Positions 37,771 to 49,600 of a DNA stretch of 64,000 nt are shown here, piece by piece. Source of the stretch: Takakia lepidozioides (Eukaryota; Plantae; Bryophyta). The notes under the pieces were generated by a model that was given only the letters and a program-made list of their open reading frames with translations, ran no database searches and was not told the origin of the DNA. The stretch is taken from contig CM060733.1 of assembly GCA_030704615.1 (NCBI GenBank), positions 12,462,001 through 12,526,000 of the forward strand. The letters run 5' to 3'. Both the position numbers and the translations under genes were made by a program. Position 1 is the first letter of the stretch; the number at the start of each line of letters is the position of its first letter.

Positions 37771-40700
37771 TCACCAGTAATCCCCACAAGAACAAACCCC
37801 ATCTTCAAAGTGGTGAAAGCGGTTAGCATCCCGTACAACAATTGCTCGGCCAACAATCTTTGAGATGAACTTGGTGGAGGTGTGGCAGTCACCACACACC
37901 CGAAGATTCTTGATGAGACGGAGAGGGGTCCGAGGGGCCGTGCTCATCAGCCCAAAACCAATGGCCAGCTTCTCACTGTGGTGGCAAAGAGAGAATTCCT
38001 TTTGCTCCTCCCCCACATCATGCAATACAAAGCGCGTGTCAGGCACATACCCTGCCTCCTTCATCTGCTCAGACAATCTTCTCAACTCAGCATGGATTTC
38101 CTTAATTTCAGGATGCAATTTGTCATCTACAACAAAGGTGTGCACCCTGTTGCCAACCTCGATGCAGCAACGACCTGCCTCCTTTCTAACCCCTCTGACC
38201 TTCATCATTTTTCTCACCTTTGCACTATCATCCCACCTGCCAGCTGCTGCATAGATGTTTGATAGCAACACATAAGTTGCGGCATCCTGGTCATCCCACT
38301 TGAGAATAGATGTTGCTGCACGTTCTGCCATCTCCACATTGCCATGGATTCTGCAGGCACCAAGGAAGGCCTTCCACACCACAACATCTGGTTTGACTGG
38401 CATTTTATCAATGAGGTCCTCTGCCTCATCCAATTGCCCAGCGCGTCCAAGAAGGTCCACCATGCAGCCAAAGTGCTTTCCTGTCGGAGTGACACCATGA
38501 TCTTGAATCAGGGAATCAAAGTAGCCTCTTCCTTCATCCAGTAGGCCAGCGTGGCTGCATGCAGAAAGAACACATATAAAGGCAATACTGTCCGGCTTCA
38601 AGCCTTCCTTTTGCATTCCTTCAAATAGTTGCAGAGCCTCCCTATGACAACCATGCCTGGCATATCCTGCGATCATCACGCTCCACGACACCACATTTCT
38701 TTCTGCCATATTGTCAAACACTCCCTTTGCATCCTCTATGCACCCACATTTGGCATACATGTCCACCAGGGTACTGTTCAGAATCACATCTGGTACAATT
38801 CCAGCTTTGACGATGTCACCATGCACCTCTTTGCCCTTTTCCAGGGTTGCCAGGGTTGCACACGCATTGCAAACACAAACAAATGTGATGTGGCTGGGCT
38901 TCACCCCTTCCCGCATCATTTGCTCATAGGTCTCCAAAGCCTCCAACCCGCGCCCCTGCTGTGCATATCCTGCGATCATCGCGCTCCATGACACCACATT
39001 TCGTTCAGCCATACTGTTGAACACTCCCTTTGCATCCTCAATGCACCCACATTTGGCATACATGTCCACGAGGGTATTGTTCAGAACAACATCTGGTACA
39101 ATTCCAGCTTTGACAATGTCATCATGGACCTCTTTGCCCTTTTCCAGGGCTGCCAGGTTTGCACACGCATTGCAAACGCAAACAAATGTGATATGGTCTG
39201 GCTTCACCCCTTCCTGCACCATTTGCTCATAGGTATCCAAAGCCTCCAACCCACGCCCCTGCTGTGCATATCCTGCGATCATTGCGCTCCACGACACCAC
39301 ATCACGTTCAGCCATATTGTCGAACACTCCCTTTGCATCCTCGATGCACCCACATTTGGCATACATGTCCACGAGGGTACTGTTCAGAATTACATCTGGT
39401 ACAATTCCAGATTTGACGATGTCACCATGGACCTCTTTGCCCTTCTCCGGGGCTGCCAGGCTTGCACACGCATTGCAAACACAAACAAATGTGATGTGAT
39501 TGGGCTTCACCCCTTCCCGCATCATTTGCTCATATGTCCCCAAAGCCTCCATCCCACACCCCTGATGTGCATATCCTGCAATCATCGTGGTCCACGATAC
39601 CACATCTCGTTCAGCCATATTGTTAAACACTCCCTTTGCATCCTCGATGCTCCCACATTTGGCATACATCTTCATCAGAGCAGTGTTGAGAACAACATCT
39701 GGTAGAATTCCAGATTTGACGATGTCACCATGGACCTCTTTGCCCTTTTCCAGGGCTGCCAGGTTTGCGCACGCATTGCAAACACAAACAAACGTGATGT
39801 GGTTGGGCTTCACCCCTTCCTGCACCATTTTCTCATAGGTCTCCAAAGCCTCCATCCCGCGCCCCTGCTGTGCATATCCTGCGATCATTGTGCTCCACGA
39901 CACCACATTTCGTTCAGCCATATTATCAAACACTCCCTTTGCATCCTCGATGCACCCACATTTGGCATACATGTCCACAAGGGTACTGTTCAGAATGACA
40001 TCTGGTATAATGCCAGCTTTGACGATGTCACCATGGACCTCTTTGCCCTTTTCCAGGGCTCCCAGGCTCGCACACGCATTGCAAACACAAACAAACGTGA
40101 TGTGGTCGGGCTTCACCCCTTCCCGAATCATTTGTTCATATGTCTCCAAAGCATTCCTACCACACCCATGCTTGGTAAATCCTGCCATCATCATATTCCA
40201 CGTTATCAAACATCGTTGAGGCATTCTGTTGAACACTTGGTGAGCATCCCTGATGCTCCCGCATTTAACATACATGTTGACAAGGGTGTTGTGTAAAAAA
40301 ACGTTTGGCTTGAATCCACTTTGCATAATGTGAGCATGCACCTGCTTTCCAGCTTCCAGGCCTTTCATCTTGATGCAGTTATGCAAGAGACAGACATAAG
40401 TATCTGAATCTGCTGAAATGCCTCCTTGGTTTAAAGTTTGTAGAGCCTCTTTCAGTCGCCCTGCCTCACAGAGCATCCTCACGTGCCGAGAAGTGCCAGA
40501 AGAGCCATAGTGGACTCCCTCTCTTGGTCCTCTTTCGGAAGCTGTGGTCATGGTTGAGGTGCCTGATTTTATGAACTGTGCCGCTGCTGCTTCCAGTTGA
40601 CCATCTACCCATGCAGGTTTCCTGTAGCTATCGATACACAGCGAATCAGTGGTAACCTTGTGCTTGAAATCTGGCCCTCTTGCATGAATCTGGACCCACA

Positions 40701-42134
40701 CTCTATCCCCGCTCCTTCAGCTATCCCTGTCTGCACACATCATGCATATATCCTCACCTTGCTGCTAGCAGCTGACAATGGCAGCCTACATTTCTTCTAG
40801 CAAACACCCAACCCTACCTATCACACTACTTCCTCTTCCATCAGTTTCTCTCTGTGATTTAAGAGGCATTCACCTTTTTGCCTGCACTGACCCACCATTG
40901 ATTGGTGTCGGAAAAGTATTCATTCCAAAGCTTCTCCTCATCTCTGTTATCTGTTTTTGGATACTGTCCTGTTGCCACATTGGCAGTAACATGTCAACAT
41001 CACTCCAAACCTCCGTAGATCCACCCAACGAGCTAACTTGCAGAAAGCAACATGAAAAATAAGGGACAACTCCGATAAGAGGGCAAAACAGGCTGAAACG
41101 TGTTGAAGAAGATGCCTTAATTGGCAGTACCTGATTTTATCAATTGTGCTGCCACCACCGCCGCTGCTTCCAGTTGACCATCTACCCATGCAGGTTTCTT
41201 GTAGCTATTGATCCACAGGGGATCATTGGTAATCGTGTGCTTGAAATCCGGTCCTCTTGGGTGAATCTGGACCCACACTCCATCCCTGCTCAGTTAGCTA
41301 TCCCTGCCTCTGCACCAGTCATATATTTAGATCCTCGCCTTGCAGCTAGCAGCTGATAATGACAGCCTAGATTTGTTCTAGCAAACACCCCAACCCTGCT
41401 CGTCATAGTTCCTATGCTGAATTGCTCTCAAGACTTTTAAAAATGTGCTGGGGAGAGAGAGGATGACAATTTCCAACAAAGCTTTGCATTGCATCTCTGT
41501 TTCCCTCTGTAATCCAACAGGCATTCACCTTTTTGCTTCGATTGTCCCACCATTGACTGGGGTTGGAAAAGAGTTCATTCCACACCTTCACCTTGTCTGT
41601 GTTAGCTGTTTTGGGGTACTTTCCTGCTGCCACATTGGCAGTAACAAGTTAAAATCACTCCAAATTATCATAGATCCACCCAACGAGCTTACTTGCAGAA
41701 TTATTCAACATGAAATATCAGGGACGACTCTGATAAGAGGGAAAAACAGGCTGAAATGTGTTGAAGAAGGTGGCCTCACCACATTGTCCTTGGCCTTGTG
41801 TCATGAAAGCAGCTAGCTTTTCTGTTAACCATGGAGGATTCAACCGACCATCAATCCAGAACCACCTCTTGTGTGTGCTGCTTCTGTCTGTAGTCAGGTG
41901 ATCTCGGATTGGTCTGTGAGGGGAACTGTCGAACACCATGGAGGCAACAGCATAGTGCCAGTCTCTCTCTTGTGAATGCAACCTGGGAATGCAATTCATC
42001 CATGCCAGCAACCGAGGGTTACCATCCCAGACATGGAACATCTTGCCCGAGAAAACCAGTGTGGACGCTCTCTTCATAAGATTTGTCTCAAAAGCCTCAC
42101 TTACCTCCCGCCAAATTGGATCCCAAGAGGCCAT
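37771..42134 (-). CDS. PLS-class PPR-E-DYW protein with predicted N-terminal OSB-type PDF motifs; exons 42134-41780, 41623-41529, 41266-41131, 40968-40874, 40689-37771 (3600 nt, 1199 aa)
   Basis: The last exon has 101-aa PLS repeats, E1/E2 and DYW (HHSEKLA...CGDCH...CSCGDYW), which is certain. The upstream exons have GT-AG boundaries with matching phases (1,0,1,0) and no stops, and encode WNELFSNPSQWWDNRSKK-IHPRGPDFKHTITNDPLWINSYKKPAWV plus a second, more degenerate copy. Confidence reflects the fusion model. Confidence 0.7.
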
Positions 42135-45100
42135 AACACTCTCATCAACCAGTGCCTCATTCCCATTCGAGTCTGTCAAGGAAACATAGAAAACCTGTGA
42201 CCCATCACGGTACCCATGAACAAAGTCACCCTCGAGTTTTCTGATGTCATGGTTGAGGGAAGGTGCTGCTGAGCAGCCATAGATTTAAACTCGGCCTCCT
42301 AAGACAAAGCTGACCCTCCCGAGTACCTTGTAAACACCAGGAAAAATACCAAATCATGATACTAACAGGAAGAGTCACATTTGCAGGACGGACAAACGCC
42401 TTCACAGCGTACACGAAGAAAGCCACACCTTGCGATTGCATTCGTCCCACCACGGAGAAGGATCTTTAAAAGACTCATGCCATCTCTGCTCCATGCTCCA
42501 CAGTAGACCTTTGTGCCCCAAAATCCCACAACATCAACGTTTTGACAAGTTCCCTTGTGGAGGAGGGCTAGTGAGCTTCCAACAACATTCATGCAAGCCA
42601 CTTTGGGCTTCACTGGACCCTACACATTGAGGAACATTGGAACATGTCCAAACTTACACATGTTACACCAACTTATGTCTGTAGTTTGGAAATTATGGAG
42701 TGGTATGTGAAAACCAGGAGGGAGCAGCTGAACAGCCACAATCTCACAGTGACAGCAATTTTGCAGAGCAAAGCGAGATCCCGACTTCACTCCACACAAT
42801 ACGATCATACCATAGCTCAGTCAAACTCCCTTTCTCATCCTACATGAAGAAAGCTCACCTTGTCAAGGCCACTGTATTTTAAAAACTCCTCCCCGCGCTG
42901 TTCCATGCTCCAGCGTTGACCTACACGCCGGATAAACCAAATATGGGCCTTGTAGGACCATCCTGTGCGCTCTCTTGATTTTATGCTCAGAGTACATTCG
43001 TTTCTGCTGAATTGCGCAAAGACAATTCGGAGCCTGGATCCTACGACGCATACATACAATATAGCGACCCCAAAAAAGAGAACCGCGAAGCGTTTCGTGT
43101 TATTACCTAGTTGCAATGGCATCCCTGAAGGCACCATAGCCACCATATGCAAGGGACTACGTCCTTTGCGCATTCCCAAGGGGGGTGCAGTTTCCAACAA
43201 CCCAGCCCTGTATTGCACCGCATGACGCGAGGCCTCGCGAGAGGACGGGGCCTTGCGGGCATGCGCGTGCACGAGAAGGTGGGAAGACGCTGCACGAGCG
43301 CACTTGGGTCACAGCATCCGACACCTCCACATCCTCGAAATTAGCATCTGTACACGACATGGAGAAGGTAATGTTGGATTCATTTGGAGGCAGGTGATCG
43401 GTGAGAGCGGCATTCTGTCTTGCAGCTTTTTCCGAGGTAGAAACTCGGCGTACAACAAGCTCTTCCTAATTGAAATCGTAGGAATCTGTCTCCACATCAA
43501 AGGATCTTTCATGCGTCGTATGCAGGTGTAAACTGGACTACAAGGTTTCCTTGATTTAGCATTCGAAGGCGTGAGACAGAGAAACAAGTAATCAAAGTGT
43601 CATCTCTACATCCCAAATCGGAGAGGATGTAGAGGATGTAGAGATGACACTTTGATTACTTGTTTCTCTGTCTCACGCCTTCGAATGCTAAATCAAGGAA
43701 ACCTTGTAGTCCAGTTTACACCTGCATACGAAAGAACTGTGAAGTGTTGAACTTTTCAGTTGTAAGATGACGCATGAAAGATCCTTTGATGTGGAGACAG
43801 ATTCCTACGATTTCAATTAGGAAGAGCTTGTTGTACGCCGAGTTTCTACCTCGGAAAAAGCTGCAAGATAGAATGCCGCTCTCACCGATCACCCTGCCTC
43901 CAAATGAATCCAACATTACCTTCTCCATGTCGTGTACAGATGCTAATTTCGAGGATGTGGAGGTGTCGGATGCTGTGACCCAAGTGCGCTCGTGCAGCGT
44001 CTTCCCACCTTCTCGTGCACGCGCATGTCCGCAAGGCCCCGTCCTCTCGCGAGGCCTCGCGTCATGCGGTGCAATACAGGGCTGGGTTGTTGGAAACTGC
44101 ACCCCGCTTGGGAATGCGCAAAGGACGTAGTCCCTTGCATATGGTGGCTATGGTGCCTTCAGGGATGCCATTGCAACTAGGTAATAACACGAAACGCTTC
44201 ACGGTTCTTTTTTTTGGGGTCGCTATATTGTATGTATGCGTCGTAGGATCCAGGCTCCGAATTGTCTTTGCGCAATTCAGCAGAAACGAATGTACTCTGA
44301 GCATAAAATCAAGAGAGCGCATGGGATGGTCCTACAAGGCCCATATTTGGTTTATCTGGCGTGTAGATCAACGCTGGAGCATGGAACAGCGCGGGGAGGA
44401 GTTTTTAAAATACAGTGGCCTTGACAAGGTGAGCTTTCTTCATGTAGGATGAGAAAGGGAGTTTGACTGAGCTCTGGTACGATCGTATTGTGTGGAGTGG
44501 AGTCGGGATCTCGCTTTGCTCTGCAAAACTGCTGTCACTGTGAGACTGTGGCTGTTCAACTGCTCCCTCCTGGTTTTCACATACCACTCCATAATTTCCA
44601 GACTACAGACATAAGTTGGTGTAACATTGTAAGTTTGGACATGTTCCAATGTTCCTCAATGTGTAGGGTCCAGTGAAGCCCAAAGTGGCTTGCATGAATG
44701 TTGTTGGAAGCTCACTAGCCCTCCTCCACAAGGGAACTTGTCAAAATGTTGATGTTGTGGGATTTTGGGGCACAAAGGTCTACTGTGGAGCATGGAGCAG
44801 AGATGGCATGAGTCTTTTAAAGATCCTTCTCCGTGGTGGGACGAATGCAATCGCAAGGTGTGGCTTTCTTCGTGTACGCTGTGAAGGCGTTTGTCCGTCC
44901 TGCAAATGTGACTCTTCCTGTTAGTATCATGATTTGGTATTTTTCCTGGTGTTTACAAGGTACTCGGGAGGGTCAGCTTTGTCTTAGGAGGCCGAGTTTA
45001 AATCTATGGCTGCTCAGCTGCACCTTCCCTCAACCGTGACGTCAGAAAACTCGAGGGTGACTTTGTTCATGGGTACCGTGACGGGTCACAGGTTTTTTAT

Positions 45101-45138
45101 GTTTCCTTGACAGTCTCAAATGGGTTAATGAGAGTGTT

Positions 45139-46646
45139 ATGGCCCCTTGGGATCCAATTTGGCGGGAGGTAAATGAGGCTTTTGAGAGAAATCTTATGAA
45201 GAGAGCGTCCACACAGGTTTTCTCTGGCAAGATGTTCCATGTCTGGGATGGTAACCCTCGGTTGCTGGCATGGATGAATTGCATTTCCAGGTTGCATTCA
45301 CAAGAGAGAGATGGGCACTATGCTGTTGCCTCCATGGTGTTCGACGGTTCCCCTCACAGATCAATCCGAGATCACCTGACTACAGACAGAAGCAGCACAC
45401 ATAAGAGGTGGTTCTGGATTGATGGGCGGTTGAATCCTCCATGGTTAAAAGAAAAGCTAGCTGCTTTCATGACACAAGGTCAAGGACAATGTGGTGAGGC
45501 CACCTTCTTCTTCAACGTGTTTCAGCCTGTTTTTCCCTCTTGTCATTGTCGTCCCTGATATTTCATGTTGAATTATTCTCCAAGTAAGCTGGTTGGGTGG
45601 ATCTATGATGGTTTGGAGAGATTTTCATGTGTTACGGCCAATGTGGCTGCAGGAACGTATCTTAAAACAGCTAACAGAGACGAGGAGAAGCTGTGGAATG
45701 AACACTTTAGCAACCCCAGTCAATGGTGGGGCAATCGAGGCAAAAAGGTGAATGCCTGTTAGATTACAGAGAGAAACAGACAAGAAGCTGCAATGCCAAG
45801 CTTTGCTGGAATTGTCATCCTCTCTCTCCCCGGCACATTTTCTAGGTCTTGGGGAGCAATTCAGCTTAGGAATTAGTGATGAGCAGGGTTGGGGTGTTCG
45901 CTAGAAAAAATTTAGGCTGTCATTGTCAGCTGCTAGCAGCAAGGGGCCTCATCTATGCATATTGGTGCCGAGGCATGGATAGCTGAAGGAGCAGGGATGG
46001 AGTGTGGGTCCAGATTGGTCAACTGGTGGCGGCAGTGGTGGCACAATTGATAAAACCAGGCACTGCTAATGAAGGCACCTTCTTTAACACATTTCAGCCT
46101 GTTTTGACCTCTTATCAGAATCGTCCCTAATTTTTTGTGTTGAATTCTGCAAGTTAGCTCGTTGGGTGGATCTACGGAGGTTTGGAGTGATGTTGACATG
46201 TTACTGCCAATGTGGCAACAGGAAAGTATCCAAAAACAGATACCAGAGATGAGGAGAAGCTTTGGAATGAATGTATTTCCGACACCAATCAATGGTGGGA
46301 CAATCGAGGCAAAAAGGTGAATGCCTGTTAAATTGCAGAGAGAATCTGATGCGTATTCAGAGTAGGAACTAGTGTGATAGGTTGGGGTGTGCGCTAGAAG
46401 AAATGTAGGCTGCCATTGTCAGCTGTTAGCAGCAAGGTGAGAATATATGCATGATTTGTGCAGAGGCAGGGATAGCTGAAGGAGCAGGGAGTGTGGGTCC
46501 AGATTTGTTGAAGATGGCCGGATTTCAAGCACAGGATTACCTATGATTTCCTGTGGATTGATAGCTACGAGAAACCTGCATGGGTAGATGGTCAACTGGA
46601 AGCAGCAGCAGTGGCGGCACAGTTCATCAAATCTGCCACCTCAACC
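45139..46646 (+). pseudogene. Disabled PDF-motif exons on the right arm (45139-45493, 45653-45747, 46014-46059, 46222-46316, from 46503)
   Basis: Mirror of the left-arm exons, but exon 3 is 90 nt shorter (loses HPRGPDFKH...WVD) and has a GC donor. The last exon starts ATT TGT TGA (stop at 46509-46511). Confidence 0.75.
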
Positions 46647-49600
46647 ATGACCACAGCTTCCAAAAGAGGACCAAGAGAAGGAGTCCACTATGGCGCTTCT
46701 GGCACTTCTGGGCATGTGAGGATGCTCTGTGAGGCAGGGCGACTGAAAGAGGCTCTGCAGACTTTAAACCAAGGAGGCATTTCAGCAGATTCAGATACTT
46801 ATGTCCGTCTCTTGCATAAGTGCATCAAGATTAAAGGCCTGGAAGCTGGAAAGCAGGTGCATGCTCACATTATCGAAAGTGGATTCAAGCCAAATGTTTT
46901 TCTACACAACACCCTTGTCAACATGTATGTGAAGTGCCGAAGCATTGTGGATGCTCACCGAGTGTTCAACAAAATGCCTCAACGAACTTTGATCACATGG
47001 AATATAATGCTGGCAGGATTTACCAAGCATGGGTGTGGTAGGAATGCTTTGGAGACATATGAACAAATGATTCGGGAAGGGGTGAAGCCCGACCGCATCA
47101 CGTTTGTTTCTGTTTGCAATGCGTGTGCGAGCCTGGCAGCCCTGGAAAAGGGCAAAGAGGTCCATGGTGACATCATCAAAGCTGGAATTGTACCAGATGT
47201 CATTCTCAATAATACCCTTGTGGACATGTATTCCAAATGTGGGTGCATCGAGGATGCAAAGGGAGTGTTCAACAACATGGCTAAGCGAGATGTGGTGTCA
47301 TGGAATGCAATGATCGCAGGATATGCGCAGCAGGGGCATGGGATGGAGGCTTTGCAGACCTATGAGCAAATGATGCAGGAAGGGGTGAAGCCCGACCACA
47401 TCACGTTTGTTTGCGTTTGCAATGCATGTGCGAGCCTGGCAGCTTTGGAAAAGGGCAAAGAGGTCCATGGTGACATCATCAAAGCTGGAATTGTACCAGA
47501 TGTCATTCTGGACAATACCCTGGTGGACATGTATGCCAAATGCGGCTGCATTGAGGATGCAAAGGGAGTGTTTGACAATATGGCTGAACGAAATGTGGTG
47601 TCTTGGAGCGCCATGATCGCAGGATATGCACAGCAGGGGTGCGGGATGCAGGCTTTGGAGACCTATGAGCAAATGGTGCGGGGAGGGGTGAAGCCCAACC
47701 ACGTCACATTTGTTTCCGTTTGCAATGCGTGTGCGAGCCTGGCAGCCCTGGAAAAGGGCAAAGAGGTCCATGGTGACATCATCAAAGCTGGAATTGTACC
47801 AGATGTCATTCTGAACAGTACCCTGGTGGACATGTATGCCAAATGCGGCTGCATCGAGGATGCAAAGGGAGTGTTTGACAATATGGCTGAACGAAATGTG
47901 GTGTCTTGGAGTGCCATGATCGCAGGATATGCACAGCAGGGGTGTGGGAAGGAGGCTTTGGAGACCTATGAGCAAATGCTGCGGGAAGGGGTGAAGCCCG
48001 ACCACATCACGTTTGTTTGCGTTTGCAATGCGTGTGCCAGCCTGGCAGACCTGGAAAAGGGCAAAGAGGTGCATGGTGACATTGTCGCAGCTGGAATTGT
48101 ACCAGATGTCATTCTGAACAATACCCTCGTAGACATGTATGCCAAATGTGGGTGCATCAAGGATGCCAAGGGAGTGTTTGACAATATGGCTGAACGCAAT
48201 GTGGTATCGTGGAGCACATTGATCGCAGGATATGCACAGCAGGGGTGCGGGATGGAGGCTTTGGAGACCTATGAGCAAATGATGCAGGATGGGGTGAAGC
48301 CCGACCACATCACGTTTGTTTGCGTTTGCAATGCGTGTGCGAGCTTGGCAGCTCTGGAAAAGGGCAAAGAGGTCCATGGTGACATCATCAAAGCTGGAAT
48401 TGTATCAAACGTCATTCTGAACAATACCCTCGTGGACATGTATGCCAAATGTGGGTGCATCGAGGATGCAAAGGGAGTGTTCGACAACATGGCTGAACGA
48501 GATGTGGTGTCGTGGAGCACGATGATCACAGGATATGCACAACAGCAGCGCGGGATAGAGGCTTTGGAGACCTATGAGCAAATGATGCGGGATGGGGTGA
48601 AGCCCGACCACATCACGTTTGTTTGCATTTGCAATGCATGTGCAAGCCTGGCAGCCCTGGAAAAGGGCAAGGAGGTCCATGGTGATATCGTCAAAGCTGG
48701 AATTGTACCAGATGTCATTTTAAATGGTACGCTTCTGGACATGTATGCCAAATGTGGGTGCATCGAAGCTGCAAAGGCACTGTTTGACAATATGGCTGAA
48801 CGCAATGTGGTGTCATGGAGCGCAATGATCGCAGGATATGCCCAGCATGGTTGTCATAGGGAGGCCCTGCAACTGTTTGAAGGAATGCAAAAGGAAGGCT
48901 TGAAGCCGGACAGTATCGCCTTTACATGTGTTCTCTCTGCATGCAGCCACGCTGGCCTTCTGGATGAAGGAAGACGCTACTTTGATTCCTTGAGTCAAGA
49001 TCATGGTGTCACTCTGACAGGAAAGCACTTGGGCTGCATGGTGGACCTTCTTGGACGTGCTGGGCAACTGGATGAGGCACAGGACCTCATTAATAAAATG
49101 TCAATCAAACCAGATGTTGTGGTGTGGAAGGCTTTGCTTGGTGCCTGCAGAATCCATGGCAATGTGGAGATGGCAGAACGTGCAGCAACATCTATTCTCA
49201 AGTGGGATGACCAGGATGCCGCAACTTATGTGTTGCTATCAAACATCTATGCAGCAGCTGGCAGGTGGGATGATAGTGCAAAGGTGAGAAAAATGATGAA
49301 GGTCAGAGGGGTTAGAAAGGAGGCAGGTCGTTGCTGCATTGAGGTTGGCAACAGGGTGCACACCTTTGTTGTAGATGACAATTTGCATCCCAAAATAAAG
49401 GAAATCCATGCTGAATTGAGAAGATTGTCTGGACAGATGAAGGAGGCAGGGTATCTGCCTGACACGCGCTTTGTATTGCATAATCTGGGGGAGGAGCTTA
49501 AAGGAGACTCTCTTTGCCACCACAGTGAGAAGCTGGCCATTGGTTATGGGCTGATCAGCACGGCCCCTCGGACCCCTCTCCGTCTCATCAAGAATCTTCG

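Noticed and set aside
37771-38200. U-to-C (DYW:KP-type) editing domain
   Set aside because: The domain has canonical HSEKLA, CxxC and a terminal DYW, with no KP-type signature.
37865-40296. Numerous antisense ORFs over the PPR genes (e.g. 39124-39705; also 47298-48377)
   Set aside because: They are shadow frames of the 303-bp repetitive coding sequence and carry no independent motifs.
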